Below are positions 20,670-30,625 of a stretch of 60,046 bases of DNA, piece after piece. Within the stretch, counting starts at the first letter, position 1. Each line of letters opens with the position of its first letter. The notes under the pieces were generated by a model. That model was not told where the DNA came from. It saw nothing but the letters and a program-made list of their open reading frames with translations, and made no database searches. Position numbers and translations under genes: made by a program. This DNA comes from an uncultured archaeon. Its GTDB lineage: Archaea > Asgardarchaeota > Thorarchaeia > Thorarchaeales > Thorarchaeaceae. The DNA is taken from assembly GCA_964473825.1 (NCBI GenBank), contig CAYYQL010000013.1, positions 6,498 to 66,543 of the forward strand. Direction: 5' to 3'.

Positions 20670-22208
20670 ATGACCGAGTCTGAAATCGATATGAGTATAC
20701 CCAGATACAAGCGCGGTTACGAGTGGTTCTCGTACTTGGCACACGAGAAGCTTCGTGATAGACCTTGGAAGAGATTGGGGATATTTTCATTCTACGACGC
20801 ACCCTATGCAGAGAGCGATCTATTGTACCTTTCACCCAAACAGGTCATGCTTACTATGGCCTCCATCGCAAAAAAGAAGGAATCAGGACTTGTTTTCGTG
20901 GTGGACTCGTTAGAAAGCGCTGAGATGGGACTCAGCACCCAAAAAGGATTCTACCAGTTCATGGATCTCTTTGACAATTCCTTTCCCGACGCTGCGAAGT
21001 TCTATTTCGGGCCGAAGGACTCAGACCGTGAATGGTTACACGGATATCAGACCTTCAGGATACCTCTTGCCTGGTTGATAAAAAGACCCAATGTGTTCGC
21101 TGAAGTGTTATCAGATGCATCCCCGGTGGGGGAAGACATAGGCCCTGCAGATGCGTCCTTTGAGAACTTTGAGGGAATGCATGAGGTTCTCGTCGAAAAA
21201 CTTGGCCCTCCGTCTCTAACAGAGGAGGTCATGGGAAAGATAAGAAGCACTGAGGCCAGCGAATATGCAGGAGAGGCAGTAGGCCTCATGACTGTATTCA
21301 TCAGTCCAACGACTGCCGTATCGAGAGGCGTCAAGTATCTCGGCAAGTTCATGGGCCTTCTCAAGGACCGCAGAAAGCAAGAAGTGAAGGAGGTATATGA
21401 AGAGTGGGAAGCACGGGTGCAGGAGGGCTACTCTGTTGAGAACCTGAGAAGATTCTTTGATGAGGACCCGGAATACAAATCCGGAATTCAGGATGCAGTT
21501 GAGGCCTTCAAACCTGTCTTACTGATCACAGAAACCAGAGGGACACTATATGATCTCTTCCTACCTCTGATCCTACAGCATCTTGTTGAAGAGGTAGGAT
21601 ATGTACCACCTCACCTCAGAAGGAGAAAAGCTCCAACAGAAGCTGAAACAGAAGAGAGAGAGGCTCGTGAATATGCTCTGAGCGACGACGATAAGATTGC
21701 CGACATCGATGCAGAGTTTGAAGAAGACCATGATCTGATGACAGAAGCAGAGATAGAAGCATCAGAAGATGAATTCGAGGGAAAGCCCGAGACCATTCTC
21801 TTTATTGATGCTGCAACACACCTCTCAAAGTTCAACCGCTCTTTCAAGTTCGCTCTGAATATTCCTGAGAAACATCCGAACATGTCAGTAGCGGCATCGT
21901 TCTATACAAATCGAGAAATAATCAGTGAGGCACTCACGCAAGGTGTTCTTGAGTATATGAGTGAAAGAGCCCTGGTATTCGACTTACACCCACATCTCTT
22001 CGACATGACCAGTTCCAATGTTCCGATAACAAGAAAGGCTTGGTTGATGGGACGCCTCCAAGAGATGGAGAGAATGAAGGATGAGGATGGCTGTGCATTT
22101 CTCGAGTATTACGAACCTGACAAGCATAAATGGAGGCTCCATACACTCAGAAAACCGGATAGAGGCGTGATAGGAGAGATAATGGGCTGGTTCAGAAGGA
22201 AGTCGTAG
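20670..22208 (+). CDS. Hypothetical protein, possibly a degenerate P-loop (HerA/FtsK-like) domain, with acidic insert
   Basis: Long ORF; LVFVVD and ILFIDAATHL strands; no GKT/S. Confidence 0.6.
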   Translation: MTESEIDMSIPRYKRGYEWFSYLAHEKLRDRPWKRLGIFSFYDAPYAESDLLYLSPKQVMLTMASIAKKKESGLVFVVDSLESAEMGLSTQKGFYQFMDLFDNSFPDAAKFYFGPKDSDREWLHGYQTFRIPLAWLIKRPNVFAEVLSDASPVGEDIGPADASFENFEGMHEVLVEKLGPPSLTEEVMGKIRSTEASEYAGEAVGLMTVFISPTTAVSRGVKYLGKFMGLLKDRRKQEVKEVYEEWEARVQEGYSVENLRRFFDEDPEYKSGIQDAVEAFKPVLLITETRGTLYDLFLPLILQHLVEEVGYVPPHLRRRKAPTEAETEEREAREYALSDDDKIADIDAEFEEDHDLMTEAEIEASEDEFEGKPETILFIDAATHLSKFNRSFKFALNIPEKHPNMSVAASFYTNREIISEALTQGVLEYMSERALVFDLHPHLFDMTSSNVPITRKAWLMGRLQEMERMKDEDGCAFLEYYEPDKHKWRLHTLRKPDRGVIGEIMGWFRRKS

Positions 22209-22287
22209 CCAGCCAAATCGGTTGCCCACAAGAGATATAATCATCACAGGACAATGACGTTCATCCTCAGTCTGGAGAAGGAACGAG

Positions 22288-22707
22288 ATGACCAAGGCAG
22301 ATATGACGCAAGCAAGGGTTATGAAGATAGAAAAGGGAAATGCAATTACGCTACCAGCAGATTTCGTAGAGGGGATTGGTCAACCATACGGTCTTGCCAT
22401 TCTCGTCATGAAGGACAAGAACGTCAAGCTATATCCCGTTGACAGTGACAAGGTGCTGTATCTCAAACTCGAGATAGACAAACTGAGCAAGAGCTTTCTC
22501 GAGGAGCTGACACTGATTTTCGAAGGTGCTGGACTCGAGGACATCCTCTTTACGAGTGGGATATGTCAGTCAGCAAGCCAATGCTATTATGAATGCTATT
22601 TCACACCTCAACAGCTGGCGATGGATATTGAGAAGCTCAGGGAGAAGATGAAGGGGATAACGGGGGTTCAGAAAGTTGTCCTTCACGATGTGCCTGTCTC
22701 CGGATAA
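22288..22707 (+). CDS. Hypothetical protein, AbrB-like N-terminus with ACT-like C-terminus
   Basis: VMKIEKGNAITLP resembles AbrB/SpoVT; C-terminal ...EKMKGITGVQKV resembles ACT. Confidence 0.55.
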   Translation: MTKADMTQARVMKIEKGNAITLPADFVEGIGQPYGLAILVMKDKNVKLYPVDSDKVLYLKLEIDKLSKSFLEELTLIFEGAGLEDILFTSGICQSASQCYYECYFTPQQLAMDIEKLREKMKGITGVQKVVLHDVPVSG

Positions 22708-22802
22708 TCCCGATTCATTTATCATCTTGTCAAAAATGTCAGTGTGCTAGCAAGGACCTATACGTTCCTTTCTATGAGGACTAGAGGACGTTACAGAGAA
22801 TG

Positions 22803-24308
22803 GTGTGCATCACTGGGGCCTTCCCTCTCGGGCCGGATGAAGATGTCGAGATTCCGATTGGTTCCGTGGAGAGAATCCTCTCACATCGTGGACCAGCCAA
22901 GATGATGCGGGTGGATGGGCCACAGGATAGAACTGCAGTCATTGCCTTGCAAATGCTTCAAGATCACAGAGGAGAGATCAGAGAAGGCTCGAGCGAATAT
23001 TGGATAGCAGATGGTTGGGACACAATGGAGGGCGACCTGAAGATTCTCAGAAGGGGGCTTGATCCATCACAGATTCATGAACGCAAAGATCAAGGGCTCT
23101 CAGTGTATCTCGCGAGCATCGGAGACCTCCTTGTACTGAAGTTTGATTCTCTCGGCCTGAACATCCTTCGGTCAAGACTGTCATTCAAGCCACTACACTA
23201 TCAGCTTCAGGGTAACAATATCCTCTTCTCCACCGAACGAAAGGCCCTCTGGAGTCTCGGAGTAACCGAACCCGTGACCATTCAACCCGGCCAGCTTCTT
23301 AGCGTGACCTGGGAGGGAGGAATATCCCTTGCATGGAGAATCCCGGACCTGCAGCCACCTGTTGACCACTCAAGAGAACCAGTTGCATACAAGGGACAAC
23401 TCAGAACGGAGTTAACACAATCGTTTAACAAGATTACCGGGAGTGATGTGGGAGTGCTCTTCTCCGGGGGTCTGGACAGCTCATTGGCAGCATTCTTGGC
23501 AAAGAGTAGATGCTCAAGGGTCAGTCTCTATACGGCATGTGCAGCAGAATCAAGGGATCACAATGCCGCTCAAGAAGCTGCACGAGTTCTGGGATGTCCA
23601 ATCACACTCATAGAGATGAACAAAGAGCTGATCTGGAATATTCTTCCAGAGGTAGTGTATGCGACTGAAAGAGCCAACAGAGTGGATATTGAAATAGCGA
23701 TACCATTTCTTCTGGCCTCAAAGCAGGCGAGAAAGGATGGACTGAAGCTTATGATTTCAGGCCAAGGCCCCGACGAGCTATTCGCAGGTTACTCAAGATA
23801 TGTGAGCATCTTCAGAAGAGCAGGTGGCAAAGCCTTAGAGCAGAAGCTGTGGAAGGATGTGTCCTCGACTCATGAAAAGAATATAGAGCGCGACGAGCTC
23901 GCCGTTGCCTTTGGTGGATGTGATCTCTTCTTTCCGTATCTCAGCAGCAGCTTCGTTCAACTAGCGATGCAAATCCCTGCCTGTCACAAAGTTCATCCCG
24001 ATGAATCGCCGGAGAGGAAAGTGATATTCAGGGAGTTAGCGGCCGAGATGGGGCTTGACCCTGTGCTTGCAAACAGAGCCAAGAAGGCCACACAGTACAG
24101 CTCTGGTTCGGCCAAACTCTTGATTGAATCAATAAGATGTAATGTTGCGGAGCTTGCTCATGTGACGAAAAGAGAAGCCTATCAGAGCATTGATCTTGTT
24201 CTGAGTGAGATTGCAGCGCAGATAGGAATTCCAGGGCACCCGATAGAACATGATTCCGATTTGACAATCAACTCAAAAGCAGTTGAGGACTTCAAGAAAC
24301 GGTTGTAG
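22803..24308 (+). CDS. asnB: Asparagine synthetase-like protein (AsnB family)
   Basis: LFSGGLDSS, SGQGPDELFAGY, KKATQYSSG; GTG start at 22803 places Cys at position 2. Confidence 0.8.
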   Translation: MCITGAFPLGPDEDVEIPIGSVERILSHRGPAKMMRVDGPQDRTAVIALQMLQDHRGEIREGSSEYWIADGWDTMEGDLKILRRGLDPSQIHERKDQGLSVYLASIGDLLVLKFDSLGLNILRSRLSFKPLHYQLQGNNILFSTERKALWSLGVTEPVTIQPGQLLSVTWEGGISLAWRIPDLQPPVDHSREPVAYKGQLRTELTQSFNKITGSDVGVLFSGGLDSSLAAFLAKSRCSRVSLYTACAAESRDHNAAQEAARVLGCPITLIEMNKELIWNILPEVVYATERANRVDIEIAIPFLLASKQARKDGLKLMISGQGPDELFAGYSRYVSIFRRAGGKALEQKLWKDVSSTHEKNIERDELAVAFGGCDLFFPYLSSSFVQLAMQIPACHKVHPDESPERKVIFRELAAEMGLDPVLANRAKKATQYSSGSAKLLIESIRCNVAELAHVTKREAYQSIDLVLSEIAAQIGIPGHPIEHDSDLTINSKAVEDFKKRL

Positions 24309-24553
24309 TTCCAGTCATCTATTCGTTTATGCAGCCATTTTCATATCGACGCGATTATAATTTCGCTAATCATATATATCGGGAAACGATTTTCTCAGCT
24401 GTCGTCATGCTGCGATAAAGGGGTAATGCTTTCGGTGAAAGTCGGTCGAAATGGATTGACACACAGCAACCTTGATAAGAGGGACAACTTCCGAACGCAG
24501 TCAAGTGACGTAAATCAATTCGGCATTTACCGAATTACATGGAGCAAGTGGTC

Positions 24554-25597
24554 ATGGTTGGCATAATTGGTTACGGAGTATACATACCACGCTACAGGAT
24601 AAAGACCGAGGACATTGCAGATGTATGGGGAGATGATGGCGAAGCCATGGCCCATGGCCTGCTTGTATTCGAGAAATCAGTTCCCGGTCCCGACGAGGAC
24701 GTAGTGACGATATCTACAGAGGCTGCAAGAAATGCAGTGAAGCATGCAGACATAGACCCCAAGAGAATCGGAGCGGTATATGTTGGATCGGAATCGCATC
24801 CTTATGCGGTCAAACCCACGGGCACCATCGTATCTGAGGCAATAGGGTGTTCTGCAGACATGACATGTGCTGACTTTGAATTTGCATGCAAAGCCGGTAC
24901 AGCTGCAATACAGACCTGCATGGGTATGGTACAATCCGATATGATCGACGTCGGTCTGGCTATAGGTTCGGACACTGCTCAGAGTCGACCGGGTGATGCA
25001 CTGGAGTATTCAGCCGCAGCTGGGGGAGTTGCGATTCTTATCGGAAAAGACAATTCTGTTGCGACCATCGAAACGACGACCTCATTCACTACAGACACAC
25101 CGGACTTCTGGCGAAGAGAAGGGCAGCCCTTCCCGAGCCACGGGGCCAGATTTACAGGAGAACCAGCTTACTTCCGACACGTTGAAGCAGGTGCCAAGGC
25201 ATTGATGAATAAGACTGGCACGACTATTGATGATTACGACTACTTTGTATTCCACCAGCCCAACGGGAAGTTCCCCATATCAATAGGTAAGACTCTGGGG
25301 ATTCCAGCCGAGAAACTGGAAGACAGCCTTGTGGTGAAGAGAATCGGAAACACATACTCAGCCTCGGCCATGATGGGGCTCGCACGAATACTCGACATCG
25401 CAGATCCCGGTTCAAGAATCTTCATGGTGTCTTATGGTTCGGGGGCAGGTAGTGATGCCTTCTCGATTGTTGTTGAAGACGAAATTGAAAACCGTCGTGG
25501 AGAAGTCCCTACAGTCGATGACTACGTTGAGAGGAAGACCTACGTGAACTACTCAATATACGCGAAGTACAGGCGGAAAATTAAAGCACTCGGGTGA
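24554..25597 (+). CDS. hmgS: Hydroxymethylglutaryl-CoA synthase (archaeal type)
   Basis: [42 protein letters not shown]. Confidence 0.95.
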   Translation: MVGIIGYGVYIPRYRIKTEDIADVWGDDGEAMAHGLLVFEKSVPGPDEDVVTISTEAARNAVKHADIDPKRIGAVYVGSESHPYAVKPTGTIVSEAIGCSADMTCADFEFACKAGTAAIQTCMGMVQSDMIDVGLAIGSDTAQSRPGDALEYSAAAGGVAILIGKDNSVATIETTTSFTTDTPDFWRREGQPFPSHGARFTGEPAYFRHVEAGAKALMNKTGTTIDDYDYFVFHQPNGKFPISIGKTLGIPAEKLEDSLVVKRIGNTYSASAMMGLARILDIADPGSRIFMVSYGSGAGSDAFSIVVEDEIENRRGEVPTVDDYVERKTYVNYSIYAKYRRKIKALG

Positions 25598-25609
25598 GGA
25601 GGAGAGAAG

Positions 25610-26770
25610 ATGAGTAAAAGAGTAGCAATAGTCGGAGTAGGAATGAGTAAATTCGGTGAGCTCTGGGGTAAGAGCCTTCGCGAGATAACACTGGAAGGTG
25701 GCATGTACGCCATCTTCGATGCTGGTGTTCAGGGAAAAGAGATTGAAGCAATCGCCATTGGCAATATGAGCGCAGGGCGTTTCACCGGACAAGAACATCT
25801 TGGGGCTCTTGCTGTAGATATGGGAGGTCTTGGCAACATCCCGGCATACAGTGTTGAAGCGGCATGTGCAAGTGGTGGAGCAGCCGTCAGACAAGCATAC
25901 ATGTCAATCAAATCGGGCGAACATGATGTGATGCTCGTTCTGGGTTGTGAAAAGATGAGCGATGTAAGCCAGAGCGAGGCGATGAATACAATCAGTGTTG
26001 CAAGCGACATGGATTGGGAAGGAATGTTCGGAGCTACGTTCCCAGCCCTCTATGCATTCATAGCAAGACGCCATATGATGGAATACGGAACCACTGATGA
26101 ACAGCTTGGGAAAGTCGCAGTAAAGAACCACTACAACGCACAATTCAATCCTTGGGCTCAGTTCCAACGAGCTCTTCCGCTCAAGGTCGTGATGAACTCT
26201 GGCATGCTAGCAGATCCCATTCGAGTACTGCATTCCTCACCAATCACAGATGGTGCAGCTGGTCTTGTGATGTGCAGTGAGGAACGAGCCAGTGAGTTTA
26301 CAGATAATCCAGTCTTCGTTGATGCGTCGACACAGGCAAGTGACAGCCTAGCTCTCCATGATAGGGAGGATATCTGTACCATGGCCTCTGTTGTTCTGTC
26401 CAGTAGACGCGCTCTGGAGCAAGCAGATCTCTCTATCAAAGACATAGATCTCTTCGAGCTTCACGATAGTTTCACTATAAGCGAGATAGTCCTCACAGAA
26501 GACGTGGGATTGGCCAAGAAGGGTGAGGGCGGCAAGCTGCTCGATGAGGGGGTCACAGAACTCAAAGGCGAGTTTCCAGTGAATACGTCAGGCGGCTTGA
26601 AGGCACGAGGACATCCCATTGGCGCGACCGGAGTTGCTCAGATAGTCGAGCTCGTTCTTCAGCTCAGAGGAGATGCAGAGAAGAGACAAGTAGAGGGAGC
26701 AGAAAAAGCCATGGCTGTGAATATTGGGGGTACGGGAGCGACATCGATAGTACACATTCTTGGAAGGTGA
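25610..26770 (+). CDS. Acetoacetyl-CoA thiolase (archaeal/SCP2-like)
   Basis: EAACASG, ELHDSF, GHPIGATG. Confidence 0.92.
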   Translation: MSKRVAIVGVGMSKFGELWGKSLREITLEGGMYAIFDAGVQGKEIEAIAIGNMSAGRFTGQEHLGALAVDMGGLGNIPAYSVEAACASGGAAVRQAYMSIKSGEHDVMLVLGCEKMSDVSQSEAMNTISVASDMDWEGMFGATFPALYAFIARRHMMEYGTTDEQLGKVAVKNHYNAQFNPWAQFQRALPLKVVMNSGMLADPIRVLHSSPITDGAAGLVMCSEERASEFTDNPVFVDASTQASDSLALHDREDICTMASVVLSSRRALEQADLSIKDIDLFELHDSFTISEIVLTEDVGLAKKGEGGKLLDEGVTELKGEFPVNTSGGLKARGHPIGATGVAQIVELVLQLRGDAEKRQVEGAEKAMAVNIGGTGATSIVHILGR

Positions 26771-26775
26771 AGGTA

Positions 26776-27198
26776 ATGGCAGAGAAAGGAGTAGCACAAG
26801 CCTGGCGAAGATTTGAAGTGATCTACAACCTGATTGGGACACACTGCAAGACCTGTGACGCATATTACTTCCCACCAAGGCTTGTTTGCCCAGCATGCAG
26901 AAGAAAGGCGGAGCTTGAGGAGTACAAGTACAAGGGTCTCGGGAAGATTCATACTTTTTCAATCGTACGACAGGCACCGGATGACTTCAAACGCCAGGTG
27001 CCCTATGCAGTTGCACAGGTGGAGCTTGACGAAGGACCCAGGATAACAGCACAAATCGTGAACATTAATCCTGGGGATGTCGAGATCGGCATGCGCGTCC
27101 GCGTCTGCTTCCGAAAGATAACAGAATACGGCGAAGACGGAATCATTGTCTATGGCTACAAGTTCGAGCCAACCATGTCAGTGACAGGTCACGATTGA
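26776..27198 (+). CDS. DUF35 Zn-ribbon/OB-fold scaffold of the thiolase-HMGS complex
   Basis: CKTC...CPAC, OB fold, YGYKF; conserved synteny with hmgS and thiolase. Confidence 0.92.
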   Translation: MAEKGVAQAWRRFEVIYNLIGTHCKTCDAYYFPPRLVCPACRRKAELEEYKYKGLGKIHTFSIVRQAPDDFKRQVPYAVAQVELDEGPRITAQIVNINPGDVEIGMRVRVCFRKITEYGEDGIIVYGYKFEPTMSVTGHD

Positions 27199-27204
27199 AG
27201 CCAA

Positions 27205-27894
27205 TCACAACATGATCTCTGTAAGTCGTCCGACGGCAGGAAGGGCTACGTTCCAGACAACCGTCGGTCCAAGTAGGGCCTTGTGGACAATCGCATTATG
27301 CACGTGCCCGTGAATCACTACATCCGGACGTTCCGAACTAATCACATTGTAGAACTTGCGACTACCCAGCCAACGGAATGAACGGATCTGCTCGCCCTCG
27401 CAGGTCTCTATGCAGGGGCTGTAGTGCATGAGCAGAATGCGTATGTCTGCCTTCTCAGATACCTTTCGAAGCAGATTCTCAGCACGTTCAGCCCTTCGCT
27501 CATAGATCTGTTTTATTCGGGGGATGTTCCTCCTCTGCCAACTGGTTGGAGTGTCAAGAGAACCCTGTGTTCCAACTATTCCGATGTTTTTCTTATTCAT
27601 TCGAAGTATGACAGATTTCTCGTCGAGGAAGAGTATGCGTTCGCCGACTAGTGAAAGAACTCGGTCGCGGGTTTCGGAGTACTCTTCGTTTCCAAAGCAC
27701 GCGACGATCGGGAATGCTGTTCCAATTGTGTCTTCAAGGGCATCAATCACATCCGTGTATTCTTCAGCATTCCCCCGGCTAATCATATCCCCAGCCATAA
27801 GAAACAGGTCAGGGGGCTCCAGTCCTTGCAACGAGCTCCTGAATTCATTCAGAAACCGAGGAGAATGTACATCTGCAACTGCAAGGATCCTCAT
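27205..27894 (-). CDS. Calcineurin-like metallophosphoesterase
   Basis: ADVH, AGD, GNEE, MHY, HGHVH. Confidence 0.88.
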   Translation of the reverse strand: MRILAVADVHSPRFLNEFRSSLQGLEPPDLFLMAGDMISRGNAEEYTDVIDALEDTIGTAFPIVACFGNEEYSETRDRVLSLVGERILFLDEKSVILRMNKKNIGIVGTQGSLDTPTSWQRRNIPRIKQIYERRAERAENLLRKVSEKADIRILLMHYSPCIETCEGEQIRSFRWLGSRKFYNVISSERPDVVIHGHVHNAIVHKALLGPTVVWNVALPAVGRLTEIML

Positions 27895-27980
27895 AACGCT
27901 GGCCCACTCTCTTGTGATGGATGGTATACCAGAGGGACAGGTATTAAAAGTTCTATCTGAGAGTGTTGATGTTGACTCGT

Positions 27981-28970
27981 ATGGCCGGAACATGGGCGCT
28001 GAATCTATTTGACAGGATGCATCTAGGGCACCACGTGTTGGTTGACCGGCTTCAAGACATGTCTGAGCCTGTTGCTGCAGTGACAGGTGGAGAGCTTATG
28101 GGAGAAGACCTAGAGCTTGCTTCGTTGATCCAGCCACCCGAGATTAGGATAATTCGACTGAATGAATATCTCAAGTCCATTGACCTTGACGAAACTATAG
28201 GTGTCAAGTACCTGACCAGCTTCCGAGAGTTGCTTGAAATCGAGGGGCCAACAACATTCATGATGTACCAAGGCCCCTGCTGTGTCGAGCTCGAAGCAAG
28301 GGGACTGAACCTTAGGAAGGAGAAACTGGGCATCAGGGATAATCTCGAATTTCTCAAGCCCGTACGGGCTCATGATGGTGACAAGCTCTCTTCAGCGAGA
28401 ATCCGTTTGGGAGAGGTAGACCGAGAGGGGCACAAGCTGAGAGGGACCTATGAACCGCCAAGGCGACTTGAATTTGATTCTAGAAGGCAGCTCAAGACTC
28501 CAAAAGGCCGGCTCTATGGGGTAACCGAAGGACCACCAGAGAAAGCAGTTGTCAGGCGAATCAAGGACGAATCACCCCCGCTTGTCATAGCTGTTGGTGA
28601 CGTAACAAGCGCAACGCTGATTGATGAGGGATATCAGCCCAATGTCTGCATAGTAGACGGGGCCACCAAGCGAGGACAGTTTGAACGAGAGTTTCATTCA
28701 GACCATGAATATCTGATCTACAATCCTCGAGAAGTGATATATCCAGAGGCATGGTCCACCATTGACACGGCAATACATGACGACCGCACGACGATAATAA
28801 CTGTTGATGGCGAAGAGGACTTGCTGGGATTTCCAGCCGTGCTCCTGGCACCCATCGGCGCCGTAGTGTTATACGGACAGCCCAATGAAGGAGTGGTCTG
28901 GGTACCGGTTAACTCAGAGAATCAGAGATTGGCGCGTCATCTTCTGGAAAAGATGCCAGTCATCGAATGA
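27981..28970 (+). CDS. Fused phosphopantetheine adenylyltransferase (CoaD-like) and GTP-dependent dephospho-CoA kinase (DUF359)
   Basis: N-terminal FDRMHLGH and KLSSARIR; C-terminal VGDVT, IVDGATKR, VDGEEDLL, YGQPNEG. Confidence 0.85.
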   Translation: MAGTWALNLFDRMHLGHHVLVDRLQDMSEPVAAVTGGELMGEDLELASLIQPPEIRIIRLNEYLKSIDLDETIGVKYLTSFRELLEIEGPTTFMMYQGPCCVELEARGLNLRKEKLGIRDNLEFLKPVRAHDGDKLSSARIRLGEVDREGHKLRGTYEPPRRLEFDSRRQLKTPKGRLYGVTEGPPEKAVVRRIKDESPPLVIAVGDVTSATLIDEGYQPNVCIVDGATKRGQFEREFHSDHEYLIYNPREVIYPEAWSTIDTAIHDDRTTIITVDGEEDLLGFPAVLLAPIGAVVLYGQPNEGVVWVPVNSENQRLARHLLEKMPVIE

Positions 28971-28972
28971 CG

Positions 28973-30487
28973 TCACAGCCTCATTGCAGATGGAATCGCT
29001 TCAATGCAGTCTGTTGCCATGAGATGGTTGCCGAGTGTGCCATATACTATTTCTCCGGCTCTCCCGGAAACAAATGCTGCTGCAGCTGCCGCATTGAAGG
29101 CTCCTTTTCCCCTAGACAGGAGAGTCGCACATATCCCTGTTAACACATCACCTGTACCACCCACAGTCATTGCTGGTACGCCGGTCTTGTTCATCTTGTA
29201 GAATCCATCTGGTGACGCGATCACATCCGTGGGACCTTTCAGTAGGACTGTCGCGTTATACGCGGTTGCAGCATCAAGTGCTCGCTTTACTCGATTCTCG
29301 GAGTCGCCTGAGTCTCCGATCTTCTGGCCTAACAGAATCTGAAGCTCACCCCAATGGGGAGTGAGGATGTCGTCAAGGGGGTCAAGAGAGATATCAGAAC
29401 TGGACAAGTGCTTGAGCCCATCTGCGTCAATCACCATCTTGGTTCCTTGGTCATGCAGATTCTCGACAAGCGCCCGCACCGCATCTCTAGTAGATTCATC
29501 TAGTCCCAGTCCGGGACCAATTGCAACTACATCATTGCTCTGTGCCGCCTGTAACGTCCCATGCATAGAATCCATACAGAAGACTGAGGTGCCCATCCCC
29601 ATCACCATGAGATTTGGACTGTAGGAACGAATAGCACCTACGACCGGCTCCGGTGCAATGATGCTCACGAGGTCCGCCCCCGTCCGCAACGCAGCCATAC
29701 CAGACAGAGCAGGGGCTCCAGAGTATACATCGCTGCCGCCGACTACCAGTATTCTTCCAAAGTCGCCTTTCTTCGACCTTGAATCTCGCCCTTGAGCAAA
29801 CAGCCACAGATCACCAAATCCGCATACTGTATGAGCTTCCTGAGGTATGCCTATGGCAACAGGAATAACCTCCCCAGCATATGCTGCCGAGTTGAGAAGA
29901 CCAGTCTTCGGAGCGTGAATGGTGATCGTAACGTCAGCCTTGACTGCATCTCCTAGGACTTCTCCGGTATCGCTATTGATACCCGTTGGTATGTCTACCG
30001 AGTACTTCTTCGCTGAGGTCTTGTTCATTCGTTTGACTGCAGTCAGCATTGGCTGACGCACCGGCGATGTCAGTCCGAACCCAAGCATCGCATCGATGAT
30101 TATGTCAGCCTTTGACATGGCTTTGTACGCTTTGATATCGGACTCGGAGTTGAGAATTCTCAATTCAATGGTATGGAGATTCTTCAGGATAGCCCAGTTC
30201 TCCGCAGTGTCTGGACTTGAGATGCGTTGTTCGTCGCCAACAAGACAAATCTCAACTTTGGCTCCGGCCTCAGCCAGATGACGAGCAGCAACCATCCCGT
30301 CACCACCATTTCCTCCGAGTCCAGCAAGTATGAGAACTCGTTTTTCCTTTACGTCTTCACGAGTTTCAATAACACGAGCTACTTCGCGCCCTGCCTGCTG
30401 CATCAGTGTGCCAAGTTTTACCCCCAAATATTCTGCATTCAGTTCGAGCACACGCATCTGATCGGTGGTCATGGCTTTGCTTTGCAT
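28973..30487 (-). CDS. nnr: Bifunctional NAD(P)H-hydrate epimerase/dehydratase (NnrE-NnrD)
   Basis: GGNGGDG, DIPTG, KGDFGRILVVGGS, IDADGL, TPHWGE, GGTGDVL. Confidence 0.92.
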   Translation of the reverse strand: MQSKAMTTDQMRVLELNAEYLGVKLGTLMQQAGREVARVIETREDVKEKRVLILAGLGGNGGDGMVAARHLAEAGAKVEICLVGDEQRISSPDTAENWAILKNLHTIELRILNSESDIKAYKAMSKADIIIDAMLGFGLTSPVRQPMLTAVKRMNKTSAKKYSVDIPTGINSDTGEVLGDAVKADVTITIHAPKTGLLNSAAYAGEVIPVAIGIPQEAHTVCGFGDLWLFAQGRDSRSKKGDFGRILVVGGSDVYSGAPALSGMAALRTGADLVSIIAPEPVVGAIRSYSPNLMVMGMGTSVFCMDSMHGTLQAAQSNDVVAIGPGLGLDESTRDAVRALVENLHDQGTKMVIDADGLKHLSSSDISLDPLDDILTPHWGELQILLGQKIGDSGDSENRVKRALDAATAYNATVLLKGPTDVIASPDGFYKMNKTGVPAMTVGGTGDVLTGICATLLSRGKGAFNAAAAAAFVSGRAGEIVYGTLGNHLMATDCIEAIPSAMRL

Positions 30488-30625
30488 CCATATCATCCTC
30501 AGCGTAATCAGACAGACAGATGTCACTAAAGAACTCTTTTGAGCCAGAGCAGAACAAAAGAAACCAGTCAGGGTCCACTCGGCCTTCGTGGGCTGCTCAG
30601 TCCTGTTATGATCCTTCGAAGCAAC

